From: Penicillus capitatus
Taxonomy: Eukaryota; Plantae; Chlorophyta
DNA: 64,000 nt
Assembly: GCA_965649825.1 (NCBI GenBank)
Contig: OZ287698.1
Location: 511,949-575,948, forward strand
Reading direction: 5' to 3'
Shown here one piece after another: positions 33,561 through 46,925 of this stretch; position 1 is the first letter of the stretch, and each line of letters begins with the position of its first letter. The translations under genes and the position numbers were made by a program. The notes under the pieces are model-generated. The model had not been told where the DNA came from, did no database searches, and saw nothing but the letters and a program-made list of their open reading frames with translations.

Positions 33561-36500
33561 ATGGGAAGTAACGACGAATCCCGACAACCACTACTGGAGG
33601 ACGACGGCGATGCGGATGAACACTCCCCGGTTCGCATAACATCTGCTAACTCCACGACAACGACGGCACGCAGACGTAAGTTAAAACAATAAGACTGCCG
33701 GAATTGAAGGTTTTCGGTGCCGTTCTTGCTCTGACGTCCAGTTCGTCCATCCGCCTTTCTAATTCTCTGCTAAACGAATCGTACGAATATCTTGTTTTGC
33801 GACGGCACGAGATTTCCTTCGATGACCTCTTCTGTGCTGCGACGTGGCAGACGGAGTCTCTAGCATTCGTTATGTCTTTATAGGCGCTCCACGCTTTTCT
33901 CTTATCGATTTCAAGCCTCTCAATGGAATTCCCTTTCGATCTCTTGAACCATCGAAAAACGGCATACTCTTCACCTGTCGTGCATTTTCGGCAGACGGGA
34001 CGTGTTTAGCCACAGGAGATATGGGTGGCTGTATCAGGTACCCGTCCCTGCTGTAGTCACTCACAATTGTGTTTAATGACCAGACTGTATGTAGGCTGTG
34101 GAGAACTACAGACTATAAGCTTGTCGCCGAAAAGAGTAAGGCGTTCGACCACGCCATCGATTGCTTACGCTTCATACAAAATGAAAACGATAGACTCATT
34201 GCCGTCGACACAAGAGGATACTACCGATGCCTGAACCTGCCGTGGTCTGATGATGAGAACCAGCTGGACGCCACATCCGTAGCAGAACTTAGCTGCAGTA
34301 GCTTCTCGTTGGTAGATGGTGAAAGATTTCTTAACGACATACCCAAACCGCTTCCTTACAGCGACACTTGCAAACATCAGTTCTCAAGAAATGGACGGAT
34401 CCTGCTGCGCATCAAATCTACAGGTACATACTTTGAACCCGAATACGAAATACGTACCATTGAAGTCATTAAGCTGGGAGGCAGTATACCGCAAGTCATC
34501 CATCTCGATGAAGATCGGAAGTATCAAAAAGGCTTCCCCTTGCTTTCTAAGAATGGTGAGGGTGTCCTGGTGTGCTCCATGCTGAATACAGAGGTACCCA
34601 AAATAGCCGCTGGTATGTGTGTAGACATTTTGCTTAGGTATGGCCAAAGTTGGATTTCGAAGCTGGGTCAGGTCATCAACACTCGATGACTCTGGATGGC
34701 ACTCGTGCCGTCTGGGGATTGCAGGGTCAATATTTGCTTTTGTGGAAGACGACTGATAATATAGAATCATCGACGAAACAATCGACGATCTTCGTGTACA
34801 AAACGGAAGATCTGCGTCGTCATCACAGTAGCGGTCAATTGAAGCCGTTTTGGGATAGGAAGTTTCCAGCGGGGCAATCTCGCTACGAAGCGCAAATGTT
34901 GAAACCCCTCTCAGCGTCAGACAAAAGCGTCGAAGTACTCATTGCAGAAATGGATGTGCACGGAAACCGAAGAGTGTTGATCTGGGATATCTTGACAGAC
35001 ACCGCCAGAAACCAGATAATGATTCCGGCGGAAAAAGAGACAAGAGTGTTTAAAACGCATCCAGCGTTTGGAGGAAGACAGGACGATGAAAGTGTAAATG
35101 ATCCGCAATCAGAACAAGATGATGAGTTCCACAAGCTCTGCATCATCGAGTCAGTTCATCCAAAATTCTGCATCTCCAAGAACAGACAGTGGATTGGTAC
35201 AATCTCTCGAAGGTTTCAGTCGTGTTCCATTGTCTCCGTCAAATCTGGAGCCACAGTGTGGAGTTCTGGCTTTGCACAACGCTTACAAGTGGGTCCGATC
35301 GACATGCCTATTAAAGCGATATTTGACCCAAGTGGGGATTATTTTTTGGTCATGGGCGAATGCGCTATCATGGTATGCGCTCCAGAGTTTCTCCACGAAA
35401 AGCCGCATGCCGAGGAATGTGATCAGACATTCCTCAGAGCATATACTTGTCTGCCTAGTCAGTCTCTCGCAAGTGCCTTGGAGGTCAGAGAATACAACAG
35501 TGGGGTTTCGAGCTGGATTGATGACGTCACCCGCACCATTAGCCATAACAATTATATATCCGATGCCACTCAGTCTGCTGACGGAAAGAGACTAGCCTTC
35601 ATTGTTTCCAACAGAGAGACGTCTTCCCAGCCAATCGGATCGGCAAAAATCGTCTGCTTTGAAAAAGGGGAAGGCAGAGCGTTTCCGGATCTAGCATTCA
35701 AAGACGCTGGAACAGAGGCAGCTTCAGAATCATTCATCCCTAATCGATTGTTCTTCTACGACAACGACAACGGACCAAATCAAGGGCTTGTTGCTTTTTC
35801 TGTGATTGACAAGCCGACAGCGACGTTCATCGACATTCGAACAAGGAAAATGCGAGAAAATGATCTGGAGAACATCGACAGATGCCTTCGGATATCTCAG
35901 ACAGCAGATCGGAAGAAGGTGACGATCCTCGACATCAGGAAAGTGATCATCCTTGACTTAAGAAGCGAGACAACGTCCGAGATGGAATACAAGGTTAACT
36001 TTAGGAACATCCTGGAAATGGTGACCGCCAAATCGAAGCGGAAGCGCAGGACAAGACTCGATCGCAGAGAAGAAAACACTCAGAGGCGAGTCTCTGATGA
36101 TGGTTGCTGCGTCCTGCTCTCGTGGGACGAAGGAAGGAAAGAGAGTATCGTCGTGCATCCATCCAGTGGACAGCAAGAAGTGGAAGACCTTCTGAAGCAA
36201 CCAAACAGACAACTGTCGGACCATTGCACACTGTCAAGCGACGGCAAAGCAACCTGCTTCATTGACATGTGCGAGATTCCCAGCGACAGGATAACGGTTG
36301 GAATCTTCAACGAATCTGGTAACGCTATCATGTGAAGTCCGATTTACAGTTGTGTCTGTAGATCGGAAAGCCTTTCATCGCATTCACCTTCCATTCGGTT
36401 CTCTTAAACCGCTAGATGGCAGTTTCTTCGACGCGTCTGATAGGACGGGCAGCATAGGAGACTCTTTAGACAACATCAGAAAGTCGATCTCTCGTACTTC

Positions 36501-39460
36501 CTTCTCTTCTTTCTTCCCTCGTGACACCGCCATCCAGGTGCTCTGGGATGTCGAAGGACGATGGCTTTCTACCGTAAACCGACGAATAAAAGCCAAGACC
36601 CCGAAGCCTTGGCCGATGAGCTTTCGGATGTGTTTTGTGGAGCATCTGATGACAGTTCAGAGATTTTCTTGGACGGCGGGCACTTGCACCACCGCTTCCC
36701 CTACGAACAAGGCATGCGTCGAATCCGTCGCTTTACATTTAGCGACACAGAAGGTAGTACGATGGGATACAGGAGGCTTGATGCCAGAGATCGCGACGAC
36801 ATCAACGACTGCTTTCAGAAGTAGGTGCATTCATGTATCTACAGCCGCCCAAATAGAATGCCATTCTGCAGATTAGCGAAGAGAAACGGTCCTTCCTTTG
36901 TCAACACGCCCTACGGATCCGGACAGTCGTTCTTCCGTGAAGCATTTAGGAATGGAGACAAAGAAGTAGTAAAGTGCTGTGTCGACCATGCCGTAAAGAC
37001 TGGTGTTCTGCTGGATGTGGGAGACGTTCCTTGCTTCGACGATGTGAAAGAGGAAGCAATTGAGCCTGCCTGTCGCAATATCGTTGTAAGAAGCACTCAC
37101 ACACTTTCTGTTTCGAAATGGACAAACTGTTTCATTCGCCAGGAAAAGCTCAAAGACCTTTGGCATCACTGGTGGAGCATCACAGACACGGAGAATGATC
37201 GACCTTGCAGAGAAGGGTCATCTGATATCCTGAGCGTGGCCTTGGATGAGAAATCAAAGGAGCGCGTCAAAGAGGCTGTCGAGTTGATATGTTCTCCGAT
37301 CACACCGTTTAGAAGCGCAGCATGGCTGATGAAGAGATATTACAAGCAGTTGTGGAAGGAATACCCAGAGGTTATCATGCACGTTCTTTACCATGACTCC
37401 GTCTTCTCCGAAACCTGTCAACCCAGAGTCTACGACAAGTGTTTGAACTTGGCATCATGGAAAGACAAAGCGTTGCATCAGGGCACATCGGACACGGTTT
37501 CAAACTGGGAGTTTATCGACTTGCCTGATCGTCTGGACAAACGAAACGGATTAAAAGATCAGAAAATTGTCGAAGTCGGAGAAAACGAAGAGGACGTGGC
37601 AACCGTGCTGGCCTCGCTCAAATTCCTTCGCATCGAGGATGCAACGCGGATTGGAATGAATGGAATCATTCGTCCATTGCTCATGCGTAATGCCCCAGTA
37701 GACATTTTCCGCAGCAAAGCAGTCAAAGCCGTTACCCAGTACAAATGGTTAACGTACTGGAGAAAAGGTTTTCGTTGGTACGTCGCCCCTTATGCACTGT
37801 TTATGGCTGTGTTCACTACATATGCCATTTTCGTTGCCAGATCCTCTGCCGTTTGCAAAGGAAAGTATTCAGACATTATTGTGAAACATTGCTGTCTCAT
37901 TCTTATGATTCTCTTCGGTCTGAAAATGTTGTACGAAGAAGTTTCTCAACTTTGTACATATATGGAAGACGGACGAGCACATCTTGGTAGCCGAATGAGA
38001 GGAGTGGCTTACTTCTTCAGATCGAAGTGGAATTGGCTGGATCTTGCCTCTTGCACGTTTCTGCTATTGTTCATTCCAACCCTTCACCTATCGGCTTGCC
38101 TTACATCAGGTTCGATGCCCATGTCATCAGACAACACTCGGAAAAACGATGGGACTTTGTTAGGCGAAGCGGAAGACTCTGGTGATGTATTGGATAAAGC
38201 ACTTTCAGCGACTCTGGCCGTGGAAGCCATAATAGCATCCATCAAGGTCGTCCTATGTGAATCAGATTCTTAATTGATGTCAATCATTCGTCGTAGGGTT
38301 GGTACTTTGCACAACCATTCCGTATCTTTGGTGCCCTGGTGCTGATGGTCTTGAACGTTATCGTCGACTGCTTCGCCTTTTTGGTGTTGTCTTCTGCAGT
38401 TGTCTTCGGATTCGGACTGGCACTGCACATCCTCCATCGACATGCAACTGAAGAGGCTGAACCTGATCACAACGACGATGATGAAAAACAAGGAGATTTC
38501 ACTGGCGATTATGGATCCTTACACAAAAGCCTACTGACCCTCTTCTACGCTCTTTTTGGGTCATTTGATGCCGATGTGAGTCTCCTAGGGCAATCGTCAT
38601 TGGTAAGCATTTTGTGTGCAGTTCCCAGGTATGGACGGTGGCATGACTGCACTTTTTACTCTCTTCTTCGCCTTTTACATGATCGGTGCAGTCATACTGC
38701 TGTTGAATCTTCTCATCGCTATCATGGGAGACACTTTCGACAAGATAAAGAGTTCCGAGGAGTCCCAGAAGTTGATGGCGAGGGCTAAATTCATAGACGC
38801 TTACGAGGCATCGCTGCGAAGCGACAGCAAGAAGGATTTTGAGTGAGATGTTGCAGAACTCCAGAACATGTGACGCACATCTTCTTCATTGGCTGTAGGA
38901 AAGAAACAGGAAAGTACTTGCACATCTTGGAGTATGCAGACGGTAGTGCCGTTCGTAAGATGTTTTCTTCGTGGACAGGAAAGCTCCGCATGCTGGAAGA
39001 ACGATTCGAGTACGTCGCCTGAAGGGGACGTTCTTTACATAAGAAACATCTATGTTTATGATTAACCAACATTGTACCCTTTAGGTCCTGTATCATGAAA
39101 GTCGGAGATAATCTGAAGGCTGACTTGGAAAAGCATGATGAGAATCTGAAGAGGAAATTAAAAAAGCAAGATGAGAAGCTGAAGGAAGAAATTAGAAACG
39201 AAAACGAGAAATTGAGAGCGGAATTGAAAGAACAGAATGAGAAACTGTATCGTCTGATGCAAAGAATGGCTGAGAAGGTTGAAACAGAAAGCACGACGAC
39301 GAAGGGGCAAACGCCGACAGCAGAGGGTGGCGACAAGCCGGACGATGCCAATATCTCAGCAATGGAAACAGATGGTGGTAAACAAGAAGATACAGCAGGT
39401 CGGAAGGAAGATAGCCCGGGATCAGGAAGTGCGAGTGGTGAAGGATCGTCAAACCCATAA
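33561..39460 (+). CDS. WD40-like beta-propeller + TRP-like cation channel, paralog A (~1700 aa)
   Basis: Exons splice in frame from MGSNDESRQPLLED. WD40 blade FTCRAFSADGTCLATGD..IRLWRT and many S.DG/N.G blade motifs. TM domain YFFRSKWNWLDL, S4-S5 GWYFAQPFRIFGALVLMVLNVIVD, pore LFYALFGSFD, S6 LLLNLLIAIMGDTFDKI, TRP-like helix MARAKFIDAYE, and a coiled coil. Confidence 0.85.
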
Positions 39461-40884
39461 CACAACCGGAATGAAACAGGAGTGGGTGGGCGTGCAAGGA
39501 AGATAGGAGGCCCCGACTGGGCTGCAGAAGAAGGATTAACGATTGAGTGGCTTTTACATCTCCCTTTGAACATAGTATATCGGGAGAGCAGAAGAAGGAT
39601 TGACAAGGTTCAGTGATACTGGGATTGCGAACACTTAAGGGAGATCATGGAGGGGGAGCACAAGAAAGAGTAAACAAACTTTCTGACAGTTTCAAGAAGC
39701 ATTCGGCGCGGCGAGGATCAAGTGGATCAATGATTCTGAACAATAAGGTCCTTCCCAACCAGAATGCTTGAACAGTTTGACGCGGAATTCTGTTGATTTT
39801 TTCTCCTTTGCCCGTAAGGTGTCATGCTTGATGCAGACGACCTAATTAGAAACAAACGACCGGAATGTGAGGGGGCGAGGCATCGATTTTGCATACCGAT
39901 TTTTTCAGCGGGTTGATTGTTAAGAGAGGAGACTTTCTTTCTTTGTACCATGCATCTCTGAAGAACAGGGATCAAACACTTTGGTGTGAAACCTGAAGAC
40001 GTGACGATTACGGACTACCGCTAAAGAACACATATTGTCTTGCAGATGAGGAAGAAAGACAATGAGCAAGACTCACTGGGTTAGCGGTGTAATTAATAGA
40101 AAACGATCAATATTTCAATCAGTGTTCCTCTATTTCCTTGCAGTTTTGATAAGCCAAACCTAGCAATCATGAAACAAGCATCTCGATTAAGCAGGAACCG
40201 CGTTATGTTAGACTCTGCCTGAAGGATGTTATTTGAATGGTCGATTCTGATCGAGGCCCCGATCGCGTGCGGCGCAGATGAAAGATTGATCACAGCTCTC
40301 CGACCTCGAAGAGATCGGAGTGCACGTGGAAGCACTGATTGCTCGTTCTCACTCAGCCTGGTGCGAATCTCGAACACTATCCGATGCGTGGAATCGGCAA
40401 CAGAATCTGGAACGTGTTGAGCACATCATGAGATGGTCTTCTGTCGATCTCTTCGCCGCGTGCGTGTTCCACAAGCGAGAGGTCAGCAGCTCTTAGACCA
40501 GCTCCCGATGGAGATCTTGCGGCCATGGCTCTCCTCTGACGCCTCCAACATGCAACCAAAGCACTTCGAGATTCGAGCTTGACGGTGTATAAATTCACAT
40601 TCATTTCAGAATGTGTTCAATTTGCCTTGAATCGTCTGACAGACGCGCGGAGACTCGCTCAGGCGTCTTGACCGCGTCACAGTTGCGATTTGCTTTTCAA
40701 GTGTCGCGGCGACGCGAATGGCGTAGGATCTGCGTCATCGAGATTCCTACACGCCGCTCACGGTCTCTGTTCTCTTCAGACGGCTGTCCTACTTTTGTCC
40801 TCCATGCTGATTGTGTGATGTGACGTAACCGCTTGACAACCTTCACCTCGGAAACGGGCGCATAGAGTTCGATGACGCTATTGC
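39281..40884 (+). repeat. Inverted-repeat arm 1 (partner 45384-46925)
   Basis: Identical six-frame ORFs mirror each other (39727-39975 vs 46295-46543; 40093-40377 vs 45893-46177; 40611-40823 vs 45445-45657). Confidence 0.95.
39640..40610 (-). pseudogene. Decayed unknown gene antisense to and downstream of channel A
   Basis: Mirror of 45660-46620(+). The diverged copy behind channel C keeps the same frames (QAExNITxxLLNRD; HLILAxPNAxxKLxESxFT). Confidence 0.4.
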
Positions 40885-40999
40885 TGAGGCTGTGATTATG
40901 CAAACGAGATACCTCGATCCCGGGCCTCACATTCGGAAACGCTGTCAACGCCGCGCTGAAAGAAAGAACTCAATGTCGACAAAGGGGTAAGATCTTGTA

Positions 41000-43560
41000 A
41001 AAGGCTTGAGTCTGGAGGCTTAAACTCCATTTGTAGCATGGGCATAGTTTAATCGCTTTGATTTCAATCAAATGATAATGTCATGTCAAACAACAGGAAC
41101 GTGGAGTCAAATGTCCGGCATTTCTTTCTGAATTCGCAACAATACTTGCCGAAGGCATGGATCAAGAACTCAAAGATAAAATTCTGGATGAATTGACAAG
41201 TAGCCGCACTGGGATTTAGGGATAATCCAAGAATGAAGTCATACCAGCTTCACAAAACTAGAAAGGCCGAAAAGCAAAAGTAAGACTTTTTGGCTGCTTG
41301 AACGCCCGAGAAACCTCAAGAATCTGTAGAAACAAAGACTTCTTTGACCTTTTGCTGACGAAGAAAGGCTTTCTCCTTGGAAACAGATTTTGAAACTGTC
41401 GGCACTATAAGAAGGCCAATTTCCAATGCCAAAGGCTAAGTCTCCAAGAAAACGTCTGAATACCACTTCTCTTCAAAATGTAGAACCTGTGGGAGAAGCC
41501 GTCTGACACCTGAGTGTATATCATGAGAACAGGAAAGGGCAAACGACTGACAGCCCAGCACACTCTCTCAGGACTGGGAAGACATAGTGCATCAAAAAGA
41601 AGGCCAAGAGAGGGACGCCCCTGAAGAAGGACCATACCAAGAACTCGGACTAATGGATACCTCTCCAGCAATGAGGAATCTAAGAACTAATTAATGAAGT
41701 CCTAAACGGCAAAAATTAGCTGTCATCTATTGGCTAGTTTCCTGCTGTAAGGTTAACTTAAGATCCACTCTCCTTAACTTCAGATTGTTAAAAATTCACT
41801 TGCAGTGGAAGTCATTCAATGTCATTGCGATCTCACAACCACTAAAGGAACTTAGACTTGGGCCAATTTCATTTCTAGCCGTTTTTAAGTCGGTTACTTG
41901 CTGCTCTTCTGAGATATCGGCCAGCTGGTTATAAAAAAGCACTTCCTATTGAATTGGGTATCCAACCCACTCAAGTTGCTGCCACTATTTTATTAAGAAC
42001 TGATACTGGGGAACTCGGTATTATCTTTTTTGCATTACACCGCACGACTGGCAAGAGGCAAGAGGCAATAGAGCCACTGAACGATAACATTATGGTCTTC
42101 AAAGCTAAAAGCCAACACATGCTCATTCTTGCTTAAACGGTCGTAGCATGTGTTGGTCCATGCCTGCCTGTCAACTGACGGCATAGGACAACTAATTGAA
42201 GAACTCTTCTTGTACACGTCAACTTGAACTTAGTCAATACATGCGCATCGGATTCCATTTTTCTTTGACTCGAACTATATCAAGACTGGTTAGACATTAC
42301 TCGGTCTGTCGTCATCTTACCGAGTTCAATACATCAATGGTTGCGAACTGTCGACGTCATGATCTGTCATTATCATTATACGTCCATATCACAATTTCTC
42401 CTTGTCAGACACATTAATTACTACACAACGATGTCATTTCTCGTCTTGCTAGGGCCAGATAGATTGCATCGCTCCGTTATCTCTTAATGCTTTGACTGAA
42501 CTTGCAAATGAGAGAGGGTTCAAGATGGTGAAAGTGAAATGCTAATAGTATCTAAAGAAAAGCAAACTCTTATATCTCATGGCTGACTTAAAGGATAGAT
42601 AAAGTCTACGAAGTCACTATCCAGTAAGAAAGATATCTTTTTCCAAAGAACAGTTTTGATTCGGAATTCAAGAATCTCCAACCGGTTTGACAGTGCAGAG
42701 AACAATCGGCCAAAGACCGAACCTGAAGCGTCCAAATTTCGTGTCCGTCAGGCCTGCAAACAGTTCTTCGTTCAAGCGAGAAAGAAAAAGCGAATACTCA
42801 CTCTTATCGAGTTTTGTAGAAAACTAATAATCTCTACTGATCGTAGACAGACTGCGCACATAGAACAAAATAAGAAATAAAGGTCTCTTCGGTTTGGCTT
42901 CTGGCAGAGACAGGCACAACAGAAGCACAGTGGAACTCCACTCATTCTATTTACGACACAATGACTCTTCTCCCAGACTAAAGCAATAAATGTTGACAGT
43001 CATGGATTATTTGATTCTGTGGACACTTGTATTCTTTGGCTAAAGTTAATGCACTGAGATACCTGATCATGTCTGTCTTCAAGTACTTCCTCTCGACATT
43101 ACATGTAATGTATTAGTCAGTTCATAAGGGTTTGCTTTTCAAACGACTGAGGGAGCTCTTCAAGGAAGCCTGCTGTCTCCTTGCTGTTCTTAATAGATAT
43201 CGACTCTTGTATGAACTTCATGGTTGGCAGTGTGAGAGGTTAAATCTTTGCAGATGATCTCCCCTTTCTCAGAAATTGATACACGGAGTAATGGGCTCGA
43301 AGGTCTCCAATCAGCTTTGAATCACCTGAACGACTAGTTCAGAGGAATGATGACTGATGCTGTTGTGGGCAACATAAAGCTAATCAGATTTCGCACCTGA
43401 GAAAGCTGTGATTACAGACTGGAAACTTTCTGGGATCTCTACTCAATGCAATGCTGGCATGTCCTGTTTGAGTGGTCTTGGTCCTGGTGCTGACTAAGTC
43501 AACACTTTACTCTTCTTTCCAAACTGCAACAATCATTGCTGTGCAAACAAATGTGAAAAT
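41000..43560 (-). mobile_element. Decayed non-LTR (LINE-like) retrotransposon
   Basis: Ordered degenerate motifs on the minus strand: endonuclease-like LYVAHN and IGDLRAH (~43300-43380), RT-like WPIS, VDLK, LLQGRPSLGLLF (~41590-41640, cf. QGxPLSPLLF) and FRRFLG (cf. FKYLG). Many stops; AT-richer. Confidence 0.55.
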
Positions 43561-43588
43561 TAAACTCTCATCTTATCACGCAGGTGCG

Positions 43589-45060
43589 CTAAATCCTTAT
43601 CAAGAATACATCTATCATATTTGCACAGTCTGTTAGTGTCCTTGCCGATCGTTTTGTTTCAATCATCTCTCTGATTTGATCAAGTTTCATTTCCAGAGAG
43701 ATGCTCTTGGCACACCGTTTGGAACTTGATTGTGTGCTGCAGCAACGACAGACTTTCGAAGAATAAAACCAATAATAGATCCACCAGCATTCGAGTGTAT
43801 ACGTTTGTTCGCGAAGCTTGCCTTTGCCGTTTAGACAGTCAGCTGGATATGCAAGAACCGATTGCAAATCGACCGTATTGATAACGCAGAGTATCTTTGC
43901 AAGAATCGTGTCTGTTTTGGGTTCTATGTGTGTCATAAATCACAGTCAAACGGGATGTTCTGGAATGAATACCCATAGATTCCTTCAAAATCTGTCTCCC
44001 TTTCACAATGGCTTGTAAGAGCAAGGTCTGCTTGAAAGCATCACACTTCAACGATAACTGAACACTGATTTGTTTTAACAATCCCTTCAAGAAGGTAGCA
44101 AGATCTTTGCTGAATGCATCGCTTGACATCCAGTCCATAATGGATAACTGTCCAATCCCGATCCTTCTCTCTTTTTACTGAATCTTGTGCGAGATGGACA
44201 GAGACCCACAAGCTATGAGTAATGATTGTTCTTCACATAAGTCTTCTTGCTGACGAAGCTTATATTCCTTCTGAGACGATTTCTGTGGATCTATCTGTGC
44301 CTTCGATAATCCGATGCCTTCTAAAAAGCAATCCCTCATTTTTGCAGCCACAATGTCATGCCTCATAACTGCGCTCAGCAGCACGAGCAACGGAGTCGTC
44401 TTTTCAATCTTGCCAATCTGACTGCGGTGACGCTCTTGAACAAGAGCGTTCACTTGTCTAAGAACATGATGCAACGCTCTCTGCGGCAAAGACCAGCAGA
44501 TCGCAGTTAGCGCGCTCGTCAATCACAACAGACGTCATTTCTTTGGTATGTCTCAGCCTCTTGGAGACTGTTCGGAAGGTTCTCTCTCTATCGACATCGA
44601 AATCGATGCCCAAAAGCGGAAAGAAGATGCAGAGCGAAAAAACGAAAGAAGTTTCGCTCCCTGTGGATATCGCGCAACAAAACAAAACGTTCGAATCTTC
44701 GACTGAGTATGTGGCTATGTAAATGATGACAGGTGAAAGGTGACGGACGACGTAGATCTGTCTCTGTACATATCACACAAGTAATCAGTGCGCTCCTCCA
44801 CCGACCGAAGTCTGCTTTACCTCTTCACCTCGTCGTCATCTTCAATCAGAACGCTCATGAAAGCTTTGACCATACGCGATTATTCATGAATCGTGCTTAA
44901 CTGAGTGAGTCACGCTGTCATTCTAGAGGGTTACTGTGTGGCCCTGACGATGGAGGTGACAGATGTGATAGAAGAGGTGATTAGGCGATGCTGACCTCAA
45001 AACGACGAAATAAACATGCTCGATGAAAGGAATTGGCTTCAACTGCTCCAAATACTTTGG
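43589..45060 (-). pseudogene. MON1: MON1-like (vacuolar fusion Rab7 GEF subunit) relic
   Basis: Colinear segments resemble plant MON1: EHVYFVVL ~ KHFFIL; VLLSAVMRHDIV ~ VLFSLLMCRHKVV; IMDWMSSDAF ~ SNFVMSSESF; VQLSLKCDAFKQ ~ ILLTTRSDAFHH. In-frame stops and frameshifts are present. Confidence 0.45.
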
Positions 45061-45383
45061 GACATCATATGACTATTTCTTCCTCTGAGTGTCACTTAGA
45101 GGTGGCAGATACAGTTACAAAGCACTATGGGCAGAGAATGAGTGTAGTGGTCTTTTGCATATCTGTATTCTAATGTGACAGCAAAGCTGCCGGTCGTCTT
45201 CTATTATTCACTCAAGTGGACCGTTAGATAGGTGGAGGCAGCTTCAAGGATCTGAAAATGACTCGTTTGACGCCGTATCATCTTCACTCTGCTTCGCGTT
45301 GTCAAATCGAACCAGAACATAAGGACGGAACACGGTACATTCTCTCCCTCAATTGTCGAAGTGAACTCATTGGTACAACCACG

Positions 45384-46925
45384 GCAATAGCGTCATCGAA
45401 CTCTATGCGCCCGTTTCCGAGGTGAAGGTTGTCAAGCGGTTACGTCACATCACACAATCAGCATGGAGGACAAAAGTAGGACAGCCGTCTGAAGAGAACA
45501 GAGACCGTGAGCGGCGTGTAGGAATCTCGATGACGCAGATCCTACGCCATTCGCGTCGCCGCGACACTTGAAAAGCAAATCGCAACTGTGACGCGGTCAA
45601 GACGCCTGAGCGAGTCTCCGCGCGTCTGTCAGACGATTCAAGGCAAATTGAACACATTCTGAAATGAATGTGAATTTATACACCGTCAAGCTTGAATCGT
45701 AGAGTGCTTTGGTTGCATGTTGGAGGCGTCAGAGGAGAGCCATGGACGCTAGAGCTCCATCGGGAGCTGGTCTAAGAGCTGCTGACCTCTCGCTGGTGGA
45801 ACACGCCGCGTGATTTGGAAGATCGACAGAAGACCATCTCATGATGTGCTCAACACGTTCCAGATTCTGTTGCCGATTCCACGCATCGGATAGTGTTCGA
45901 GATTCGCACCAGGCTGAGTGAGAACGAGCAATCAGTGCTTCCATGTGCACTCCGATCTCTTCGAGGTCGGAGAGCTGTGATCAATCTTTCATCTGCGCCG
46001 CACGCGATCGGGGCCTCGATCAGAATCGACCATTCAAATAACATCCTTCAGGCAGAGTCTAACATAACGCGGTTCCTGCTTAATCGAGATGCTTGTTTCA
46101 TGATTGCTAGGTTTGGCTTATCAAAACTGCAAGGAAATAGAGGAACACTGATTGAAATATTGATCGTTTTCTATTAATTACACCGCTAACCCAGTGAGTC
46201 TTGCTCATTGTCTTTCTTCCTCATCTGCAAGACAATATGTGTTCTTTAGCGGTAGTCCGTAATCGTCACGTCTTCAGGTTTCACACCAAAGTGTTTGATC
46301 CCTGTTCTTCAGAGATGCATGGTACAAAGAAAGAAAGTCTCCTCTCTTAACAATCAACCCGCTGAAAAAATCGGTATGCAAAATCGATGCCTCGCCCCCT
46401 CACATTCCGGTCGTTTGTTTCTAATTAGGTCGTCTGCATCAAGCATGACACCTTACGGGCAAAGGAGAAAAAATCAACAGAATTCCGCGTCAAACTGTTC
46501 AAGCATTCTGGTTGGGAAGGACCTTATTGTTCAGAATCATTGATCCACTTGATCCTCGCCGCGCCGAATGCTTCTTGAAACTGTCAGAAAGTTTGTTTAC
46601 TCTTTCTTGTGCTCCCCCTCCATGATCTCCCTTAAGTGTTTACAATCCCAGTATCACTGAACCTTGTCAATCCTTCTTCTGCAGCCCAGTCGGTTCCTCT
46701 TATCTTCCTTGCACGCCCACCCACCCCTGTTTCATTCCGGTCGTGTTATGGGTTTGACGATCCTTCACCGCTCGCACTTCCTGATCCCGGGCCATCTTCC
46801 TTCCGACCTGCTGTATCTTCTTGTTTACCACCATCTGTTTCCATTGCTGAGATATTGGCATCGTCCGGCTTGTCGCCACCCTCTGCTGTCGGCGTTTGTC
46901 CCTTCGTCGTCTTGCTTTCCGTTTC
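45384..46925 (-). repeat. Inverted-repeat arm 2 (partner 39281-40884)
   Basis: Reverse complement of arm 1, lacking the 64-bp segment present at 39538-39601. Confidence 0.95.
45660..46620 (+). pseudogene. Decayed unknown gene antisense to and downstream of channel B
   Basis: SLRGRRAVINLSSAPHAIGASIRIDHSNNILQAESNITRFLLNRD aligns gap-free with SL*GRRHVTKLSNAQRVIDD*ILFKDSISRYQAELNITLVLLNRD at ~56750-56910. Confidence 0.4.

Noticed and set aside
36494-36537. Apparent frameshift making channel A a pseudogene
   Set aside because: A 44-nt GT-AG intron restores the frame, and homologous introns are predicted in B and C.
40697-40948. Ribosomal-protein-like fragment (IELYAPVSEVKVV, PGIEV)
   Set aside because: The motif order does not match RPS20 or L19 and the similarity is too short.
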